NCBI GenBank assembly: GCA_963756875.1
Contig: CAVWPA010000003.1
Coordinates: 1,376,001-1,440,000 of the forward strand
Length of the DNA stretch: 64,000 nucleotides
Source: an uncultured Verrucomicrobiae bacterium
GTDB taxonomy: Bacteria; Verrucomicrobiota; Verrucomicrobiia; Chthoniobacterales; UBA10450
Reading direction: 5' to 3'
The notes beneath the pieces were generated by a model, which saw nothing but the letters and a program-made list of their open reading frames with translations, had not been told where the DNA came from and made no database searches. How positions within the stretch are numbered: the stretch's first letter is position 1; each line of letters begins with the position of its first letter. Shown piece by piece: positions 59,132 through 64,000 of the stretch. The position numbers were made by a program, and so were the translations under genes.

Positions 59132-60403
59132 ATGGTTCCGAAAAATAGAGCGGCAGGCGACGATTGGGAATCGAATCCGCGCTGGCGCGGCATTCACAGA
59201 ACCTACTCGTTAGGGGACGTGAAGCGGTTGCAGGGAAGCGTGACAATCGAGCATACGCTGGCCCGGCGCGGAGCGGAGAAATTGTGGCAGCTGTTGGAAG
59301 CCGAGCCTTACCTCCACACTCTCGGCGCGCTAACCGGGAACCAGGCGGTTCAACAGGTTCGCGCAGGATTGAAGGCGATCTATGTCAGTGGCTGGCAGGT
59401 AGCAGCCGACGCCAATCTCGCGGGTCAGATGTATCCCGACCAGAGTCTTTATCCGGTTAACAGTGTGCCGGTGCTGGTGAAGCGGATCAACCAAGCCTTG
59501 CAGCGGGCCGACCAGATCGCGCACGCCGAGGGCAACAATCAGATCGACTGGTTCGCCCCGATTGTGGCCGATGCCGAGGCGGGCTTCGGCGGGCCGCTCA
59601 ACGTCTTTGAACTGGTCAAAGCGATGATTGAAGCCGGCGCGGCTGCGGTTCACCTCGAAGACCAATTGGCGAGCGAGAAGAAATGCGGTCACATGGGCGG
59701 CAAGGTTCTGGTGCCGACGCGCAGCGCATTGACGCACCTGACTGCGGCGCGCCTGGCCGCCGATGTTTCGAATGTTCCGACCATCATTCTCGCCCGGACC
59801 GATGCCAACGCGGCTTCGCTATTGACCAGCGATGCCGATGAGCGCGATCACGCCTTTCTCACCGGCGAGCGGACGCCGGAAGGTTTTTATCGCGTGCGGG
59901 CCGGAATTGACCAGGCGATCGCGCGCGGTCTCAGTTATGCCCCGCTGGCCGACATGATTTGGTGCGAAACGGCTGAACCGAATCTGGCGGAAGCCAGAAA
60001 ATTTGCAGAGAGCATTCGAGAGAAATTTCCGGACAAGCTGCTGTCCTACAATTGTTCGCCGTCCTTCAATTGGAAAAAGAAGCTGGATAGCGCCACGATC
60101 GGAAAGTTTCAGCGAGAACTAGGCGCCATGGGTTACAAGTTTCAATTTGTGACCCTGGCCGGTTTTCACGCACTCAACTACAGCATGTTTCACCTGGCCC
60201 GGGGATACACGGAACGCGGGATGGCTGCCTATTCGGAGTTGCAGGAGGCGGAATTTGCCGCTGAATCGCTCGGCTACACGGCTACCAAACATCAGCACGA
60301 AGTCGGCACCGGTTATTTCGACGATGTGGCGCACGTGATTGCGGGCGGCAAAAGCTCGACCGTCGCGCTGCATGGATCAACCGAGCGGGAACAATTTCAT
60401 TAG
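59132..60403 (+). CDS. aceA: Isocitrate lyase
   Basis: KKCGHMGGK signature, [16 protein letters not shown]. Confidence 0.97.
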   Translation: MVPKNRAAGDDWESNPRWRGIHRTYSLGDVKRLQGSVTIEHTLARRGAEKLWQLLEAEPYLHTLGALTGNQAVQQVRAGLKAIYVSGWQVAADANLAGQMYPDQSLYPVNSVPVLVKRINQALQRADQIAHAEGNNQIDWFAPIVADAEAGFGGPLNVFELVKAMIEAGAAAVHLEDQLASEKKCGHMGGKVLVPTRSALTHLTAARLAADVSNVPTIILARTDANAASLLTSDADERDHAFLTGERTPEGFYRVRAGIDQAIARGLSYAPLADMIWCETAEPNLAEARKFAESIREKFPDKLLSYNCSPSFNWKKKLDSATIGKFQRELGAMGYKFQFVTLAGFHALNYSMFHLARGYTERGMAAYSELQEAEFAAESLGYTATKHQHEVGTGYFDDVAHVIAGGKSSTVALHGSTEREQFH

Positions 60404-60443
60404 CCTGTAATAAACAGCCTCGAGCCGGTCCTTAGAACTCAGT

Positions 60444-60511
60444 TCACCACGAAGAACACGAAGCAAAGCAAATACATGTCATCTTCGTGACCTTCGTGTT
60501 CTTCGTGGTGA
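60444..60511. repeat. Nonamer-periodic hairpin (CACGAAG type) between aceA and aceK
   Basis: Perfect 20-bp inverted repeat TCACCACGAAGAACACGAAG / CTTCGTGTTCTTCGTGGTGA. Confidence 0.8.
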
Positions 60512-60541
60512 TTAAGAAATTCCGGTGCGACTGACTGGAGA

Positions 60542-62311
60542 ATGGATTCGGGGAATGCAACATCGTTGACCGATAGCAGGCTGGCCGCGCTTTGCGCCCA
60601 AACTGTTCAGGACGCATTCAACATTTATCAACGGCGTTTCGACGAAATTACCCTGCGGGGACGGGACCGGTTTCTGGCTCGGGATTGGGCAGGATCATTC
60701 GGTGATGCTGCCGCTCGGCTCCAACTTTATACGAAGGTCCTGGACGACCTCACCACCGCCATCAAATGCCTGATGGAATCCCGTTTGCCGGATCGCGCGA
60801 TCTGGAGCGCGATTAAAGCGGTTTACTCTTCACTAATTGCCGGGTCCGCCATGTGGGAGGTCGCTGAGAGTTTTTTTAATTCTCTGACTCGCCGTGTGTT
60901 CGCAACGGAAGGCGTCGATCAGGCGATCGAGTTCGTGGATACCGATTTCGATCCACCGCCTGACCCGGAAACCAATCAGCAGCGATCATATCGCGGCCAG
61001 CCTCTCGATCGATTGTTGTTTGCCGCCCTGACGGATACGACCGGCGGAGGTTTCGCAGAGGAATGTTGGTCGGATCTCAAGGCAACCGTGAGGGTGGCAG
61101 GCGAACGGCTGGAGGCAGCGTTCTTCGAGAGTGGCGCGGAGCGCGAAGCGAACGGCGATTGGCGGCTCGAGATGGCGGGCCGGGTCTTTTATCGCGGACG
61201 AGGCGCTTACTTTGTGGGACTTCTTGGATGCGGTTCCGCCAGTATGGTGGAATTGCCCATCGCGCTTTGCCTGCGGCATCCAAGCAAACAGGGAATCAGT
61301 CTGGACGCCGTCCTGCATGGAGAGAGCGATCTGGCGGTGCTGTTTTCCTACACCCGGGCTTATTTTCGGGTAACAGCGAAATGTCCGCACCAGCTGATCC
61401 GGTATCTCGAACAGCTAATGCCCCGCAAACGAAGGGTGGATCTTTACAACGCGATCGGATTTCATCGCCATGGCAAAACGGAATTTTATCGCGATTTCGT
61501 GAGTCATCTGCGCGATTCGACGGATCGGTTCGGGCTCGCCGAAGGAGTGCCCGGGATGGTGATGCTGGTTTTCACTCTTCCGAGCTACGACGTCGTGTTC
61601 AAGTTGATCAAGGACCAGTTCGATTTTCCGAAGGATAGCACGCGTGCCGAAGTGATGAGTCGCTATCGCCTGGTGTTTGAGCACGATCGGGCCGGCCGGT
61701 TGGTGGAAGCCCATGAATTTGAGCATCTCCGGATCGCGCGGGAGCGGTTCGACGAGCGCTTGCTCGACCAACTTCTGCGGGAAGCCCGCCAAATCGTGCG
61801 AGTTGAGGGCGACGACGTGATGATCAGCCATGCTTACGTCGAGCGTCGGATCAAGCCGCTGAATCTGTTCTTCAGGAACGCCGACGAGATCGAGTCCGCC
61901 ACCGCGGCGATCGATTATGGCCAGGCCATCAAGGACATGGCCGCGTCGAACATTTTTCCCGGCGATTTGCTGACCAAGAATTTCGGGGTGACGCGGACCG
62001 GCCGGGTGGTGTTTTATGATTACGACGAGCTTTGTTTCCTAACGGATTGCAATTTCCGCGATCTCCCGAAAGCAACGACATACGAGGAGGAAATATCTGC
62101 TGAGCCATGGTTCTCGGTCCGCGCTAACGATATTTTCCCGGAGGAGTTCCCCCGGTTTCTATCGCTGCCCGGTCCGGCTCGGACCGCGTTATTCGAACGG
62201 CATGCCGATTTGTTTGGCGCCGATTTTTGGCGGGGCGTTCAACAGAAACTTCGCGACGGCGAGCTGCCGGAGATTTTTCCGTACAAAGCAGAGCGGCGGC
62301 TAAAGACGTAA
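60542..62311 (+). CDS. aceK: Isocitrate dehydrogenase kinase/phosphatase
   Basis: AESFFNS, GKTEFYR, GMVMLVF...VFKLIKD, NIFPGDLLTKNFGVTR..RVVFYDYDE. Confidence 0.95.
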   Translation: MDSGNATSLTDSRLAALCAQTVQDAFNIYQRRFDEITLRGRDRFLARDWAGSFGDAAARLQLYTKVLDDLTTAIKCLMESRLPDRAIWSAIKAVYSSLIAGSAMWEVAESFFNSLTRRVFATEGVDQAIEFVDTDFDPPPDPETNQQRSYRGQPLDRLLFAALTDTTGGGFAEECWSDLKATVRVAGERLEAAFFESGAEREANGDWRLEMAGRVFYRGRGAYFVGLLGCGSASMVELPIALCLRHPSKQGISLDAVLHGESDLAVLFSYTRAYFRVTAKCPHQLIRYLEQLMPRKRRVDLYNAIGFHRHGKTEFYRDFVSHLRDSTDRFGLAEGVPGMVMLVFTLPSYDVVFKLIKDQFDFPKDSTRAEVMSRYRLVFEHDRAGRLVEAHEFEHLRIARERFDERLLDQLLREARQIVRVEGDDVMISHAYVERRIKPLNLFFRNADEIESATAAIDYGQAIKDMAASNIFPGDLLTKNFGVTRTGRVVFYDYDELCFLTDCNFRDLPKATTYEEEISAEPWFSVRANDIFPEEFPRFLSLPGPARTALFERHADLFGADFWRGVQQKLRDGELPEIFPYKAERRLKT

Positions 62312-62332
62312 GTGGCGGATAATGAATATGAT

Positions 62333-62403
62333 AGCGGGTGAGGGGAATCGAACCCCCGTGTGCAGCTTGGGAAGCTGCCGTTCTACCATTGAACTACACC
62401 CGC
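62333..62403 (-). tRNA. tRNA-Gly(CCC)
   Basis: GCGGGTGTAGTTCAATGGTAGAACGGCAGCTTCCCAAGCTGCACACGGGGGTTCGATTCCCCTCACCCGCT. Confidence 0.97.
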
Positions 62404-62533
62404 GGAGGCAGAGGTTGAGGGTTGATAGTTGATGGTTGAGAGACTCCAAAGTCAAGCGCCGACCATCTTGGATTATGGGTCTTCGATTTGCTTCGTGTCC
62501 CAGCCTCTTAACCCATTTAACCGTTTCAACCGG

Positions 62534-63916
62534 TCACGTCCATTTCCTCATCTGCTCTGGGAAGGGGCATTGCGCGCAGTCGGAATTGTCCTCAAGGCAA
62601 AAGTCCTCGTAGATCTGAAGCAGACCTTGTTGATGCGCGATTGTCTTCAGGAATTCCTTGCGGCGCGGGTCGTCCCCGAACAATCGCGTGGCGCCGGTTT
62701 CCAATCGGCGATTGGTCAATCGCGCCGGCAGCTTCGCGTATTCACTCCAAACGTCGATTTCTTCCGCGCACCAGAACGGGAAGATCACGTTCGCCAAGAT
62801 CTCCGCCGCGCGCGATTCGCCGATCAAGGCCATCGCTTTAGGCGAAGCTTCCGCCGTGAGCGTGTAATGGAATTTCCAAAACGGGTGATCTAGTCCACCT
62901 AGAAATTCGGTGACTCTGGTAGCACGCGTGTCGCCTGCGCCATTTTTTCCTAACCATCGCCGAAACGCCGGCCATTCGCGCGCCAGCATCGACAACGCGG
63001 CCAGGCGGCGCTGCGGGTGGTTGACCGGACGGGTGCCGCTGATTCTCCAAAGTTTCGGCGGCAACATTACTCGTTGGAATTCGTCGCGATGAGGCCACCA
63101 CCTGTCCCAAAGCTCGCGCACGTAATTTCTGCTCGATTGTTTGTAGACCGCGAGATCGGGCGCTTGCAAGAATCCGGCCGCGCCGAAGAGTATTGCTTCA
63201 CAATTGTCGCCATGGTCCCGCAGAAATTTCAACGGCAAACGTTGTGACAGCAGGGTGAACGGCAATTTGTTTTCCTTGTAACCAAGCGCCGCCGCCAGTT
63301 CTTGGAACAGTGCTTCGTCCCGACCGTGGTTCTCTATCCGACTACGAATGCGCGCAGCTTTTTGCTTCAGCCGGAATTGCGCGGCAGCATCGAGAACACC
63401 ACGGACCTGCTCTTCCGGCAAGTTTCTCAATGGCGCCTGGCAACGCCCGGGTCGCGCCAGCGGAATGTTTGCACTGAAAGCATCTGGCAACGCCGCCGGA
63501 TCGATGCGTACCTGCGGCACATTGCGGTTCGACGTGGTCCGGCTGAAAAATTCGAGCTCGCTCTTATCGACGAACACATGCAGTGCGGTCTGTTCGAACG
63601 CCGGATTCGTTGCATGCCCATGTGTCTCCCAGTTGCGATCGAGCAGATCGATCTCGATGCAACCGCGGAGCGCTTCGCTGCCGTTGATGCGAACGGCCGC
63701 GTCACGAAAATCCGGCCCGGCTTCGCGGTTCCATGTGCCGAACTGAACAACCTCGATCTTGTCGCCGGCCGTGGAAACGAACTTGTGCCCGAAGTCTCCC
63801 GCAAACCAGCGGGCCTGAAGGTCCAGTTCGCTGATTGTCCGGGGTGTCGTAAACAACGCACGTTCGCGAACACGAGCGGCGGTGCGTAAATCGGCGTATC
63901 GCTCTGAAAACAACAT
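62534..63916 (-). CDS. DUF2851 family protein
   Basis: G.WN.EAGPDF, GCIEID, W..HGH..NP, GYKENK.PF, RPVNHPQRRL. Confidence 0.85.
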   Translation of the reverse strand: MLFSERYADLRTAARVRERALFTTPRTISELDLQARWFAGDFGHKFVSTAGDKIEVVQFGTWNREAGPDFRDAAVRINGSEALRGCIEIDLLDRNWETHGHATNPAFEQTALHVFVDKSELEFFSRTTSNRNVPQVRIDPAALPDAFSANIPLARPGRCQAPLRNLPEEQVRGVLDAAAQFRLKQKAARIRSRIENHGRDEALFQELAAALGYKENKLPFTLLSQRLPLKFLRDHGDNCEAILFGAAGFLQAPDLAVYKQSSRNYVRELWDRWWPHRDEFQRVMLPPKLWRISGTRPVNHPQRRLAALSMLAREWPAFRRWLGKNGAGDTRATRVTEFLGGLDHPFWKFHYTLTAEASPKAMALIGESRAAEILANVIFPFWCAEEIDVWSEYAKLPARLTNRRLETGATRLFGDDPRRKEFLKTIAHQQGLLQIYEDFCLEDNSDCAQCPFPEQMRKWT

Positions 63917-64000
63917 CAGAAAAGCTGTATCGCCGTTTGTAACGCAGCGAGATCGGAAGAAGAAAGCTGTTTCGCCGCAAACGCGATTCTACAGGGAACT

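Larger units (their letters stand above)
49222..62353. mobile_element. Putative genomic island at tRNA-Gly(CCC), no integrase
   Basis: Flanking 21-bp direct repeats; accessory cargo between the core PBP1A and DUF2851 genes. Confidence 0.65.

Overview
High-GC bacterial chromosome segment. The gene styles (PEP-CTERM, prepilin-like DUF1559-type, cyclase-TolB-TPR, DUF2851) suggest Verrucomicrobiota, probably Chthoniobacterales; this is inference only. The core backbone carries arc and dop (Pup/UBact-proteasome), glgP, infC, ymdB, aroB, holA, uvrB, nnr, amidases, lysS, a fluoride riboswitch with crcB, an ECF sigma factor and PBP1A. It also has tRNA-Asp(GTC), tRNA-Gly(CCC), a RAYT transposase and several families of palindromic intergenic repeats. 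Four accessory blocks stand out. (1) A stress/regulator block at 1-5450 lies downstream of tRNA-Asp. (2) A 4-kb block apparently taken from an enolase locus sits between 187/185-bp direct repeats (17080-21382). (3) An AT-rich sulfotransferase insert truncates a PaaX-like gene (30570-31700). (4) A 13-kb integrase-less island is bounded by tRNA-Gly and a 21-bp copy of its 3' end (49222-62353). The island carries aceBAK, an L,D-transpeptidase and the best candidate for a novel system: a six-gene operon of exported proteins. In it a minimal secretin is fused to a ~220-aa Cys/Gln-conserved domain that recurs in three more paralogs with variable N-termini, and four of the proteins share a C-terminal PFxxV(E/K)LTG(E/K)xAK tag. 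Several single-base frameshifts look like sequencing or assembly errors.
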